This document shows, one piece after another, positions 38,960-52,349 of a DNA stretch of 64,000 bases (positions are counted from its first letter, which is position 1; the number at the start of each line of letters is the position of its first letter). Position numbers and translations under genes: made by a program. The notes below the pieces were generated by a model. That model saw only the letters and a list, made by a program, of their open reading frames with translations, was not told the origin of the DNA and did not search any database. The stretch spans positions 32,612,001-32,676,000 of the forward strand of contig OX597827.1 in NCBI GenBank assembly GCA_951406725.2. The letters are read 5' to 3'. Origin of the DNA: Octopus vulgaris (Eukaryota).

Positions 38960-39545
38960 AAACGGCAATTGAAGCTAGTAGAATCGTTAGTGCGTCGAAC
39001 AAAATGCTTCATGGCATTTCTGTCTGTTCTTTACATTCTGAGTTTAAATACCGCCCTGGTCAACTTGGCCTTTCATCCATTCGGAGTCGATAAATGACTA
39101 CCAACAAATTACTGGGGTTCATTTGATTGACTAACACTCTCTCCGCAAAATTGTTGGCTTTGTGCCAAAATTTGCAGCCAAGCGCGCCGGACAAAATGCT
39201 AAGAGGCATTTTGTCCGTCTTTATGTTCTAAGTTCAAATATCACCATGGCCGACTTTGTCTTTCATCGTTTCGAGGTCGAAAAAATGAATATCAGTTGAG
39301 CACTGGGGTCGATGTAATCGACTCTCCCCATCCCCAGACGTTTCAGAAAGAATGGTATTTAAGGCGGCGAGCTGGCAGAATCGTTAGCGCGCCGAAAAAA
39401 AAACATGTTTTACGGTATTTCTTCTGACTCTTAACATTCTGATTTCAAATCTCACCGAGGTCTTCTTTGTATTTCATCCTTTCGGGGGTCGATATAGTAA
39501 AGTATCAATGAAATAGTGGGGTCGATGTAATCGACTAATCCTCTC
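38960..39545 (+). mobile_element. Cluster of three head-to-tail SINE family B copies
   Basis: Repeated gaatcgttag/aaaatgct...gagttcaaat...tcatcc..tcggggtcgat..actggggtcgat at ~38960, ~39180 and 39363. Confidence 0.75.
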
Positions 39546-40115
39546 ACTCATTGGATTAATGTGTGAAGTGGATGAATATTCCACAGACACGTGCACCCTC
39601 AAAGTAATTCTCGAGTAAAATCAGTATGACCCTTTGTGTGACTTGGTCGGACCTTTAAGTTATAAGTACAGTCTACTGGGAAGGATCCATACCGATTCCG
39701 TTTCCCATTTCCACTTACTAGATATGGGCCGACCCGAGGCTATGGTTAAAAAAGATTCTTGACAAAGATGCTATGCAGTGGGCTGGAACCCATGGCATTA
39801 TGATTGCGAAGCGATCTTCTTATCCACTCAGCCACGCCTGCGTTCTAACGCTAATATTGATGTGACTGCAGCATATTCTGATCGATATGTTACTTTCACC
39901 TTTTGCCAGAGCCTCATGACAAGGCGGAGAGAGGCCTTGCTACGCTAAGCTAGCCAATATTGCGCATGAGCAGTCGATGAAGTCACCACTAGTACTTAAC
40001 TGCTAGTTTATGTTATTGTCCCCGGAAACAGGAAAAGGACAGATTTCTCGTCGGCGCAGAACTGGGACTGAGAATATAAAGACTACACTGTAATATGTAT
40101 ACAAGTACGCGCGCG

Positions 40116-40154
<39 letters not shown>

Positions 40155-40599
40155 TAGGCGTGTGATTTAATTGTTATATCTAGCAGGTCGAGCAATCACC
40201 TATAGTCTTCCTTTTTGGTTCATAAAGTTTGTTGTTGTTGTAACCTCATTTCAGGACCCATTGACGTAGTGGTATTTTATTTTATCGACCCAGAAGAATT
40301 AAGGTCAAAGTTGACCTTTGCACAATTGGGATTACGAACGTAAAGAACCACGACAAATACCGCAGAGCAATTTGTCCGCTGTAACGCTCCTGCGAATTTC
40401 TCAAAGACATACAAATGAAATTTAATCGAACTTGAAGGACATGGTTTCTGCTAAACGTTTGATGCTAAACAAAGTTATATAAAAACAAAGAGAAAGTTTA
40501 GGTTGTTTTAAACAATACACGGGTTAACAAGTTAATAAAACATGAAATGAGCATAAATTTTGCAAAACACGAAAAACATTCAGGATTACTCGGTGGGGA

Positions 40600-42020
40600 A
40601 CACCGTGTCTGGTGTGGGCCGAGCTACCCTACATCTCAGTCCTGCTTTTCCTCGCTTTGAGTTCTGGTGCTCGCAAAAGCATCCGTCAGCTTTTTTGGTG
40701 GGATTTGGTGCATTAGGAAAATCCTAACGAGCTTGAGTTCACTTTCTTTCCTTTGCTCGGGGATTACTAATACCCTGTTGTTCATGGAAAAAGATTTTCT
40801 TGAAAATATTTCGTCCATAAATTTGAAAGATACACTTTGATATACAATAATCCCTCGATTCTCGTGGGTGAAAATAGGTGAAAATCCGCGAAGTTGAAAC
40901 AGTACTGTACTGTATATTTTTAAAAGTATTTTTATAATTTGTGTATATTTATTGTATTATAAATGCAAAATAACACCACGGTGGAATCAACGTAAGCTTA
41001 AATAATAAATCGCGAGGGATTATTGTACATATCGACCAGGTCATCGTTATCCTGTTATATTACTGTGGACCCCATGATTTTCTCTTTCCACATTTTCGTC
41101 GCTTTTTTGTTAGGTTTAGTTCTTTCTTTTGTTTTTACCTCATTTTCAACGATGGTTCGTTCTCTTTGGTCCTCTTGCATCACCTCTCACGCATCACAAG
41201 ACATTGAAATTTTGGTGCTGGCCGTGGTTAGAATTGTGGAGACTATAGATTCCTGCCGTTGTTTCTGCCATGGCCCACTCTTCTCTGCCGTCTGCTCCTT
41301 CATGTCACTGCTGGCTAAGACCGGAGGAATGAGTCTGTCTGCTTCTTTGTCCGTTCCTGAGAACACAGACAAGTCAATCTTCACTGCCAGTTCCGAAGTT
41401 TTGACTGTCGATGCTATTGTGACAGCAGCCAGCAAGTCCTACTGTTGTTGGTGTTGTTCTTTTTTGTTGTAGTAGGCCTCAAATAGAAATCCCTCAAAAG
41501 ATGCTTGCTGCCACATGTATGACAATTGGGTCTTTTGTCTCATCACTTTAGTTCCATAACAAAAGTCTCATCACTTTAGTTCCATAACAAGGCAGAGCTC
41601 TGGTAGGGTTCTGTGTTTTTGTAGGATTATAAAGGTTTGGAAATTCATGCTGCCCGACTGCTTTATCATTTTCCATGATCTTCTTCACCTGCCCAACAGG
41701 AGGTAGATATCTCTACCAATGCCTATTTACTGTCTCCTCTGTATAGGATTGGTCTGTTTATGTTGCGATTTCAGTCGATGACCTGGTATTTCGAATCTTG
41801 TTTCTTGTGGTTTCACCTCGGTTTCAGTATTGAAATACAGATCGAAGAATGGTGGGAGAAGATTCACCTGGTCAGTAGATGCAGTGTTATCCTACAAATG
41901 TAGCAAGGCTTCCACCAGTTGCTCCTCTGAGGACATATGTTCGCCTTTGGTGAGATAGAGGTACGTTAGTTTTCCTGTTGCTGTTCGATTAAATTCTTCG
42001 AGCAAGGACACAAGAGATGT
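40600..42020 (-). mobile_element. Degenerate coding remnant, probably LINE ORF1-like (L1/Tx1), interrupted by a MITE
   Basis: Long nearly open minus frames with scattered stops (LVSLLEEFNRTATGKLTYLYLTKGEHM...; SELAVKIDLSVFSG...); no diagnostic motif recognised. Confidence 0.35.
40845..41025. mobile_element. pogo/Tigger-like MITE with 13-bp TIRs and TA TSD
   Basis: TA|CAATAATCCCTCG...CGAGGGATTATTG|TA. Confidence 0.85.
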
Positions 42021-42167
42021 CACTCACACAGCGCCACTGTAGTACCCTCTAACCCGGGGCCCTGTTCATATTTAAATACCACCTGTTTAAACCAATATAA
42101 ACACAAGTATTCTTTCCACTAATGTTTGTTTTCGCTGGGTAATATATAAGATATATATATATATAAA

Positions 42168-42364
42168 GTTAATCCAAACAAGAAAGCACAAAAAAACACA
42201 ACAACGCGAGGACGTGGAACAAATACAGTATTATTGGACGCTCAGGAAAGAAGGAGAGTTTAACGTTTCGAGCGGAGCTCTTCGTCGGAAACATAGGAGA
42301 AGGAAAGATCCAGAGAAGGGAAGACAGAGGAAAAAAAAATCGCCAACGGTACACACGAGGTCAC
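42168..42364 (-). mobile_element. Penelope-type pseudo-LTR fragment
   Basis: Contains an HHR motif, adjoins (TA)n; truncated relative at 48935-49020. Confidence 0.6.
42258..42292 (-). ncRNA. Minimal hammerhead-like motif, core variant CCGACGA
   Basis: GTTT-CCGACGA-A-GAGC-TCC-GCTC-GAAACGTT-AAAC. Confidence 0.6.
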
Positions 42365-42733
42365 GCGCAGGTGTGACTGTGTAGTAAGTAGCTTGCTTTC
42401 CAACCACATGGTTCCGGGTTCAGTCTCACTGCGTGGCACCTTGGGCAAGTGTCTTCCACTCTAGCCTCGGGCCGACTAAAGCCTTGTGAGTGGATTTGGT
42501 AGACGGAAACTGAAAGAAGCCCGTCAGATATATATATATATATTTATATTTGTGTGTCTGTGTTTGTCCCCCTCCCCATCGCTTGACAACCGATGATAGT
42601 GTGTTTATGTCCCCGAAACTTAGCGGTTCGGCAAAAGAGACCGGTAGAATATGTACTAGGCTTACGAAGAATAAATCCTGAGGTCGATTTGTTCGACTAA
42701 AAGCGGTGCTGCAGCATGGCCGCAGTCAAATGA
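42365..42733 (+). mobile_element. SINE family A, full length
   Basis: Homologous to 57810-58209. Confidence 0.85.
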
Positions 42734-42832
42734 AAATTTTTTTTTAAATATGTAACCTGTATAATACTTTTATAAACAGGGCTAATTTAGATGTTTCTCC
42801 AGAGATTGAAAAAAAAACAAAAATTATGGACA

Positions 42833-42875
42833 ACCGTAATCGATTTTCGAATCTTATTGGATTCTCGTCAGAGGC
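42833..42875 (-). ncRNA. Minimal type I hammerhead ribozyme motif
   Basis: GCCT-CTGACGA-GAATC-CAATAA-GATTC-GAA-AATCGATT-A-CGGT; palindromic stem III AATCGATT. Confidence 0.7.
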
Positions 42876-43825
42876 ATCCACATCAATTTGACCAATCCCA
42901 GAGATACAATCAGCCAATTTGTTTATATATTCAACAATTTCAATGTATGTGTAGGAGTGCTGTTGTTATTTCTATTTATCAGTAAGCGAGGCATCAGAGT
43001 CATCTTTGGTGCTTGAAATATAATTTTTTTCCCCCTTTTCAAAATGTCTATATGCTGGTGCGAATTTTTTGTGTTCATGTCATTCTTTTTTCCTTGTTTG
43101 CTTGTAGAAACATCTTGACTTTTCTTTGAGTAGCGTAACTCAACTTCTTGTTAAGCTACGACAGAAATTTAAAATGTCAGAAAATAAAATATAAAATATT
43201 TCAAGACATGACTTTTTTATTTTGTAATTTTGTCTGCTCTCGGGTATTGTGGGGCGGAGGAGGCAAATGTCTTCGGATAACTGTTCCCTACTAGCAAATA
43301 CTCCACACAAAAACAAAATTCGTCTTAGTGGTGTCCTGGGCGGAGTTAACATAAACACATCTTCATGCTACAACAATCAACAATAATCCTCTCTACATTA
43401 GGCACAAGGCCTGAAACTTCGGGGTGCGGTGAGGTGTGGCTAGTCAATTACATCGACTCCAGTACTTGACGATTAAATGAAGCTGATCTTCATTACTATC
43501 CACTAATTATGACACATCCTCTAAAAGTGGGCGTAATTTTAATAAATCAAGAATTTATGTTGTATAGTATTCGACATACCTGTATCTGTCTACGTGTGGG
43601 TATAATGCGCGCACGCACACACATACATACACGCGCATGCGCACTCACGATTGTTCCACCACCATCTCAAATTTCAGGCTTGTGCCTGTTAGAAACGATC
43701 ATAAATATTATTGACTATTGCGAAGGTGTTTCAGCGAGCAGGGTCGTTACAGCGTCAGATCAAATGTTTTGTGGTATTTGTTCCGGGCTCTTTACTTTGA
43801 GGTCAACTTCGTATATCACCCTCAA

Positions 43826-44016
43826 TTCTTATTCTTTTATTTGTTTCAGTCATTTGACTGCGGCCATGCTAGAGCAAACCCACCCCAGGACTTATTCTTT
43901 GTAAGCCTAGTACTTAATCTATCGGTCTCGTTTTGCCGAACCGCTAAGTTACGGAAACGTAAACACACCAGGGTCGGTTGTCAGGCGATGTTGGGGAGAC
44001 AGACAGAGACACACAA

Positions 44017-44056
<40 letters not shown>

Positions 44057-44180
44057 GATGGGCTTCTTTCAGTTTCCGTCTATCAAATCCACTCACACAG
44101 TGCCACACAGTGCCACGCAGTGGGTCTGAACCTAGAACCATGTGGTTGGAAAGTAAGCTACTTACCACACAGCCACTCCT
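43826..44180 (-). mobile_element. SINE family A with internal deletions
   Basis: Homology to family A. Confidence 0.8.
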
Positions 44181-44472
44181 ATATATACAATCAACCGATG
44201 TAAATATTAAAACTTTACAAAAATAAGTATTGGAGTGGATTTGTTACATTAAACCCCCTATACAAGGCGGTGCTCCAGTATGGCCGCCGTCCAATGACTA
44301 AAACAATAAAAAGAGAAGATAAAAAAGCTCGAACAGTAAACCAGCGATAAACAATCAGAAATGCCAGAGAATAAAATATAAAGTCGGTAAAGATAAGCCT
44401 TTTCATCCGGTAACGATTGAAACACGATCCAGATCAGTGGCTAGCGAATACACACACATGTGTGTATGTATA

Positions 44473-44728
44473 TGGCCTTGTGGTTAGGGTGTTGCACTCA
44501 CAATCTCCAGATCGTAGTTTCAATTCTTAGATCGGGTGTTGCGCTCTGCTCTTGAGCAAAACGCTTAATCTCACGCTACCCTGCGATCACTTCGACTCTT
44601 GAGGTGCGGTACACCGTACACCTGTTCAAGCAAAATTTGATTTGACGGAGGGAGTGAGTTAATGCAGGGCACGAACATTTGATCCCTATAAAGAAATCGT
44701 TTGTGTGGGTCGTTCGGCAAGAGCTGTA
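44473..44728 (+). mobile_element. SINE family C (tail type 3)
   Basis: tggccttgtggttagggtgttgcactcacaatc..gtttcaattc..cttgagcaaaacgctt followed by a different 3' region. Confidence 0.65.
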
Positions 44729-45030
44729 ATCTTATACGTCTTCTTCGACAGGAAACTCCATTGTTTACATGTGTGCGCGCGCGCGGGTGGGTATAAAACA
44801 ATGGGAAAACTATAGGTGCTGCAGCATTGCTCTCAAAACCACTCACCTGATGACGTACGTGCAGGTACACCGTTGTTGCTGGATCATATTTATATGACAA
44901 TATGTCTAATGTGTGGAACATTCAGCAAGAACTGGTGATACTAATGCACAGAAGCATTTATAGTGATTTTCGATAAAGCTAGTTCCTTCCATCTTGTATC
45001 AAAAATTATATATATATATTATATATATAC

Positions 45031-45089
<59 letters not shown>

Positions 45090-45097
45090 TGTGTGTC

Positions 45098-45152
<55 letters not shown>

Positions 45153-45252
45153 AATGTAGGATATAATTTTTTTCGAAAACAATTCTTTTCCAAAAAAAAT
45201 TTTATCAATGGCCAGCATATTAAAAAATACCTTTAAAGGTTAAATTTATAAA

Positions 45253-45359
45253 CAATTCATAGATAAGGGCAAAGGAAAAAATTTCTAATGCCAAATATGC
45301 CGAATTTTTCGGCATATTTGGCATTAGAAATTTTTTCGTTTGCCATTATCTATGAATTG
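45253..45359. repeat. Near-perfect palindrome, 52-bp arms, 3-nt loop
   Basis: caattcatagataa...ccaaatatgccgaa TTT ttcggcatatttgg...ttatctatgaattg. Confidence 0.9.
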
Positions 45360-45361
45360 AT

Positions 45362-45405
<44 letters not shown>

Positions 45406-45516
45406 GTATGTATATATATGTATATATATGTATATATATGTATGTATATATATGTATTTATATATATATATGTATATATATGTATATATATGTATATATA
45501 TATATGTATATATATG

Positions 45517-45547
<31 letters not shown>

Positions 45548-45548
45548 G

Positions 45549-45599
<51 letters not shown>

Positions 45600-45606
45600 G
45601 TGTATA

Positions 45607-45769
<163 letters not shown>

Positions 45770-45822
45770 CTTTGTATCGTCTGTTTGTATCTTTTGCGTT
45801 CTTGTCCCATTTTTGTATTTTG

Positions 45823-45864
<42 letters not shown>

Positions 45865-45914
45865 ACGTGTATGTATGTATGTATGTATGTATATGTATGT
45901 ATGCATATGATTGT

Positions 45915-46118
45915 GTGCCTGTTTTTGTCCCTCCAACATCGCTTGATAACCGATGCTGGTGTATTTACGTCCCCATCGCTTAGCGGTTCGGCAAGAGAGA
46001 CCGATAGAATAAGTACTAGGCTTAGAAAGAATAAGTCCTGGATTCGATTTGCTCGACTAAAGGCGGTGCTCCAGGATGGCCGCAGTCAAATGACTGAAAC
46101 AAATAAAAGAATAAAAGA
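45915..46118 (+). mobile_element. SINE family A, 3' half
   Basis: Homology to family A. Confidence 0.8.
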
Positions 46119-46329
46119 ATCTGTCACTTGTATTTCAAGCCCTGTCAGTCAGCAGCTGGTCTTAAATGTCATCTGAGGGTTCATCAACGGATTAGCATTA
46201 TATATGATACACATTGCCATTTTTTTCAACCACATCTGTAAGTGAGACTTATAAAGAGGACGTATGGAAGTAGGGCTAACTAGAAGTCTGAAAACAAGCA
46301 TGGGCGTTTAGGGCAAACTTATAGAAACA

Positions 46330-46783
46330 GGCGTAGGTTTGGCTGTATGGTTAGGAGTTTACTTTCCAATCACATGATTCTGAGTTCAGAACTGCTGAGT
46401 GGCACCTTGGACGTATGTTTTCTACTATAGTCCCGGGCTGACCAAAACCTGGTGAGCAGATTTGGTAGACGGAAACTTAAAGAAGCCCATCTTACAACTA
46501 TTTATATATATATATGTGTGTTTGTGTACATACATATACATGAGTGCGCGTGCGTGCGTACTTACGTGCGTATGTGTGTGTATGTATGTGTTTGTCTTTG
46601 TGCTTGCTCCCCCCACAACTGCTCGACAACAGGTGTAGGTCTGTTTGCCTCCGTAACTTAGCGGTTCGGCAAAGACAGCGATAGAATTCAATAGCACATT
46701 CATTCGACTAAGACCCATAAATGCAGTGCCCCCACCCCAGCATGACTGCTGACCAATGACGGAAAAAAAACAAGTAAAAAGAT
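46330..46783 (+). mobile_element. SINE family A, diverged full length
   Basis: Homology to family A. Confidence 0.75.
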
Positions 46784-47152
46784 AAATATGCTTTGGACAG
46801 TGAAAGGTTTAACGGAAGAAAAAGTTGTCCGTCGTCATTTTGGTCGACATCGTGAGACCAATGGTCAGTTGACTAATTTTCATACTTTATGTTGATAAAA
46901 TAGCTCATGGGAAAGGAATTATTTCGCTATTTTCACCATATTCTCCCTTGGTGATGTTAAGCAAAGCTGTATATAACAATACGTAAAGAAGAAGAAAAGG
47001 GAAAAAATGGCGGACATCGTTAAGAAACAAGATGAGTAGAGTGGAGTTCTTTTCCCTTCTGTTTCATCGCTTATACTCCTGAGAAAAACGTCCACACATT
47101 ACACACGAACAAACACACACACACACACACACAAACATACATACATACATAC

Positions 47153-47190
<38 letters not shown>

Positions 47191-47434
47191 ACGTACATAC
47201 GTACATGCATACATACATACATACATACATACATACATACATACATACATACATACATACATACATACATACATACATACATACCGACAGCCGACAACTG
47301 ATGAAGTGTCGTTCTTTATATTACTTGTCCTGTTTTCCAATAGTTTCTCTCGTTGTTTGCGCATCGAACTCATTTGTTTTCGCATTTCATGTTGTTTACT
47401 GTTGGTGACGTCCTGTACCCATATATGCATATGC

Positions 47435-47484
<50 letters not shown>

Positions 47485-47670
47485 TTGTCTGTGTGTATGT
47501 GTGTGTGTGTATATGTATGTATGTATGTTTGTATGTATATATATATATGTATGTATGCATCTGTATATATATATATATACATATAATTGTTAGAGGACAA
47601 CAAACGTTAAGGCAAGACAAACATCTCAAGTCATACGTTGTTATTTGTCTATATATACGTATATATATTA

Positions 47671-48052
47671 CTAGCAGTATCGCCCGGCGTTGCTCAGGTT
47701 TGTAAGGGAAATAACTATAAAGCATTTTTAGAGAGTTATAGCCAAAAAATAGCAAAAAAATGGAAAAAAAATGATGGTAAATTTTTTTAGAGTTAAAAAA
47801 GGTGGAGTTGCGTCCCCTAGACGGTCTGTGGTTTGGGTTTTTGATTCTCGACCCCATGTCGAATTTATCGATTTTTTTCAGAACTGGGGGAACTTTTCAA
47901 AATTTTCGCTGCGTTAGTTTTGAATTATGACATTGGGCTATGTGTGTGTCAAGTTTCATCAGAATCGGTTGAAAGCCGTGGTCAGAGTGAGGGTACGAGA
48001 AAACAGACACACAGAAAACGCACAGACAAACTGCCGTTTATATAGAGAGAGA
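47671..48052 (-). mobile_element. Non-autonomous Helitron
   Basis: Minus strand starts A|TCTCTCTCTATATAAACGGCAG, ends in GC-rich hairpin cctgagcaacgccggg..CTAG|T; no TSD. Confidence 0.8.
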
Positions 48053-48553
48053 TTAGTATATATATGCATATATGCGTATATATATATACACGTGCACACA
48101 CACATATACATACATACATACATACATACATACATACATACATACATACATACATACATACATACGTACATACATACATGCGTTCATACACATATATGTA
48201 TGTATACATATACATACATACACATACATATAAATACACACACACAAACGTATATTCGTATTATACGCACATCTTTAGATGTGTACTCACATTCTATATG
48301 TAAATACACGTTCTTTTGTGTGTATGTGTGTGAGTGCGTGCACGTGTGTGTACGTACGTAGGTGTATGCTGTATATATATATGCATGCATCTATGTAGGT
48401 ATGTGTGAATCATTTAAAAACTCAAGTACAGAAACGCCTCCCATTACTTGCTTCAATGCATCACTGATTGACTGCCTGAACTTCCGGTTGACATTAAAAT
48501 ACCCAATATGGCTACTGCTAATGTTTACGGATATGTGTTTACGTAAAGGGTTC

Positions 48554-48598
<45 letters not shown>

Positions 48599-48801
48599 AT
48601 ACCAAGCATCTGTAAGTCTGTTTTCTTTTTCATATTTTTACTATTTGAATTCTTCCTACAAGGACGGGGCTGATTACTTACTTGGAAACAGTAGTTCCAT
48701 CCCTGTATATAAGTGTGCGTGTCTATCTATGTGTGTGTGTGTGTACGTGTGTGTGTGTATGCCTGTATGTATATATGTATATATGTATGTATATATGTAT
48801 C

Positions 48802-48936
<135 letters not shown>

Positions 48937-49021
48937 AATCCAAACGGGAAAACAAAAAAACAACAACAGTGGAACAAATACAGTATTATTATTAATAGGC
49001 GCTCAGGAAATATGGAAGCAG

Positions 49022-49070
<49 letters not shown>

Positions 49071-49313
49071 TAATCATATCTGCCAGGCATGTGGAAGAGA
49101 GTGTAATTCGGCAGGAGGACTTAAACGACATGCAAAGGTACATGAAGCCCAGTTACAACTACACCCGGCTATTGCCGGTAAAGGTTTTAGCTGCCAATTC
49201 TGTACAAGACATTGTAGATCTTTAGCTGGGCTAAAAAGTCACATTCGATCACAGCAGCAATAACAGTTAAGCTTCGTGCAATAGCCATACTCGATAACGA
49301 GGGGTAACCATCA
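49071..49313 (+). mobile_element. 5'-truncated copy of the 15903-20081 RTE (last two C2H2 fingers + 3' UTR), followed by (ATGT)n(ATCT)n
   Basis: [24 protein letters not shown]...[23 protein letters not shown] matches the end of the 15955 ORF. Confidence 0.9.
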
Positions 49314-49371
49314 TGTATGTATGTATGTATGTATGTATGTATGTATGTATGTATGTATGTATGTATGTATG

Positions 49372-49429
<58 letters not shown>

Positions 49430-49704
49430 ATATCAATAGCTATTACTATCTGTAAAAGCCACACGCATTAAAGGGTCTCTTAAGTCAAACTACTTCAATA
49501 AGTATACACACGCGCCGACTTCGAGGGAATGAAAACTAAGAGAAGTTCCTTCAATAAAAAAGGTTTAGTCGTATATCATTAATGATTTCGTGGTCACCAT
49601 GTATTTCCATGTTCTCCACTCATCAGTACGAACATAACCGGGGAAAATGAATATATAAACATCTGTACATACCATACGAACACAACGCATATATATATAC
49701 ATAT

Positions 49705-49936
49705 ATCATGGTGTCTGATGTGACTTTTTAAACAAGAAAATGTATTGAAAAGACGCCCACTTAGATTGCATATCTGATTTGGACCATCAAGAGCTGCAGA
49801 TAAGTTCTGATCTTTGTGCATCTTAAAATGTCTTTTGAGGTCTACATTAAATTTGCAGACCATATGGCATACACGGCATTGAAAGGTGTGTACACATATA
49901 TAGACAGTGTAGTTGATGGAGGTTCGTTTGTACGTA

Positions 49937-49940
<4 letters not shown>
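49705..49940 (-). mobile_element. C2H2-finger fragment, probably the 3' end of a related RTE family
   Basis: FQCRVCHMVCKFNVDLKRHFKMH...ICNLSGRLFNTFSCLKSHIRHH, with the same LKRH/LKSH pattern as the RTE fingers. Confidence 0.55.
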
Positions 49941-50015
<75 letters not shown>

Positions 50016-50243
50016 CAAAAGACGAAGACAGGTGGTGTAGACAACAAACACATGCTTTAGTATAACATATATATACATATATAATGGAACTAAAACGCAA
50101 TAGAGGACAATAAAACATTCGGACGATACAAAGGCGAACAAGAGAAACAACAATTAGAAGGACAGGCAAAAAAAGACGGGTCATTCGTGACTTTCATTCC
50201 ACAGGCAAATACCAGAAGTCACGACTATTTCGGGCAATATACA

Positions 50244-50283
<40 letters not shown>

Positions 50284-51444
50284 TGTGTGTGTGTGTGTTT
50301 CTATCCCTTGAATTTGGATAACTACAACAGTACGTGTTGTCATTTAAGTGTTGAACTTTTGAAAGGCCTCGTATACTATTACTGTTCCACTTAGAAAAAT
50401 GAATGAGTCAATTACGAGTCAGCTGGTTGCATTGTTTGCTTGAACATTTAAGCTGTTTCACATTGTCATTTAAAAATTTGCTAATGAAACGTTTATCTGC
50501 ATAAACCAAGGGCATCAACAGTTATTGGTATAAATGTGGATTTATAATCAGGGTAGAGAAGCTGCCGGTTTCGATGTGCATGTACAATATAGGTTTTCCG
50601 GAACCTTTGGTTCGGGAGCCTTTCCGGGTTAGTGGTTTTTCCAAACCAAGCGTGATCACCTTGGTCAACACACTCTAAATTAAACAAATATTCTAAGCCT
50701 AGTAAAGATCTGCTCTTGGGCAGGTCCTATTCATGTAAACTTTCTTTAGCACTTTCTATATGACACAGGGGTGGGGAGGCACCACCTACCCTGCCTCCGT
50801 TATGTAGATTACTTTTGTACCCACATCGCTGAGTTACAGAAGAAATTTTGCGAGGCGTTCTGTCTGACGCTCTACCTAAACCGCCGCCCCTCTGTGTGTG
50901 TATGTATATATGAATGTATGTTCATGTATTTTTAAATATATGTATATGTAAATGTGTGTATATGTATATATATCTATATTTCAAGAGAAGCGGAATGCTG
51001 TAGTTGGTAACCAAGGGAGGTAATTCTGTCGGTAGTTCTTTTACTCTGTTACTGAATTCATTCATTGCGCTGCGGCCATGCTGGTGCACCGCCTTCAAAC
51101 GCTTAATCGAACTAATCTCACATTTTTGTCAAAGTCAGGGATTTATTTTACGGGGACGTAAATAAACCAAACCGGTTGTCGAGCGGTGGCGGGACAAACA
51201 CAAATCAAATTTTGTTTCTAAAAATTTCTTTTGCAAGAACGCAAACTCAATAATTCTTTAAATAAATTGTAAACAAACTATTTATTCTATTTTCGATATT
51301 TCTGTAACTGAGAATCGATTTTCACTTTTTTTATTTCTGCACATTAAACGCACTGAGAACATAAGAACCAGGATGTAGAATTTTTTTTGTTTTTAAATTG
51401 AGATGAATAAAAGAAAAGAAAGCCATCCAACTGTTACTCTAAAC

Positions 51445-51618
51445 TAGTGCTCCCGCTTATGGTACACTTATATTCCTTTCAAAATTCGGCGGCACGCCTG
51501 AACTAAAGATATAACTAAAAGTATAGGGAAAAAATTTATATTCAGGTTACACTGCGGCACACCTAGCATCGTTTCGTGGCACACCATTGTGCCGTAGAAT
51601 ACTGGATGCGGAGCACTG
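51445..51618. mobile_element. hAT (Charlie/Buster-type) MITE with perfect 8-bp TSD
   Basis: CTCTAAAC|tagtgctcccgc...gcggagcactg|CTCTAAAC; internal gcggcacacc motifs. Confidence 0.85.
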
Positions 51619-52349
51619 CTCTAAACTATGAGTATATAATAGCCAGTAAAAATTTTGGTTGGCTGGTGGCTGGTTGGTTGGTTGGTTGTCTTATCACGCT
51701 TTACATTTATTATAAAGAAGGGGGGGGAGAGTAAAGGAGAGGGTGAGAGAGAGAGAGAGAGAGAGAGAATTAACATAAGAAATAAAAGTTGAAAGAAACT
51801 CTGAAATTGAAAAGTAGTGGTAAGGAGGTGGATAGTAAAAATGATAAAAGTTACGTGGTCGATAGAGGCCAGATACATGACAAGCTTAAACACATATACA
51901 CACACGCGCTATCTCTCTCTTTTCTCTCTCTCTCTCTCTATCTTTCCCTCTCAAGCTCTCTTACACACACACAACCAGAAGAATAAACTTGACAAATGAT
52001 TGGTAAGAGAGAGTTAAGAAATTGTAGTTTTACACAGCCATGTAGGTTTGCACCTGCGTGTGCTTGCGTATATGTATGTATGTATGTATGCATGTATGCA
52101 TATATGTATGTATGTATGTATATATATATATATATATATATAGTCCCTTTCCTTTCTTTTCCTCTCTTTCTCGTCCCTCCTAATTATTCACTCTCTCTGC
52201 CTCTCTCCTCTCCTTCCACGTGACCGGTTTTCCGCCAACCCTGATCTTTATTAGTTCGACTACCATCCGTGTAGCATCTCTTATATTCGTCTCCATGACT
52301 TTCATCTCATATGTTCCTGCCGTATGGCTTCACTTCCACACAAGCCAGC

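Noticed and set aside
41537-41590. 28-bp direct repeat pair resembling a CRISPR repeat
   Set aside because: Simple tandem duplication without a spacer, in eukaryotic DNA.
47295-47330. CTGATGA at 47298
   Set aside because: No stem II or GAAA partner; upstream sequence is replaced by a microsatellite.
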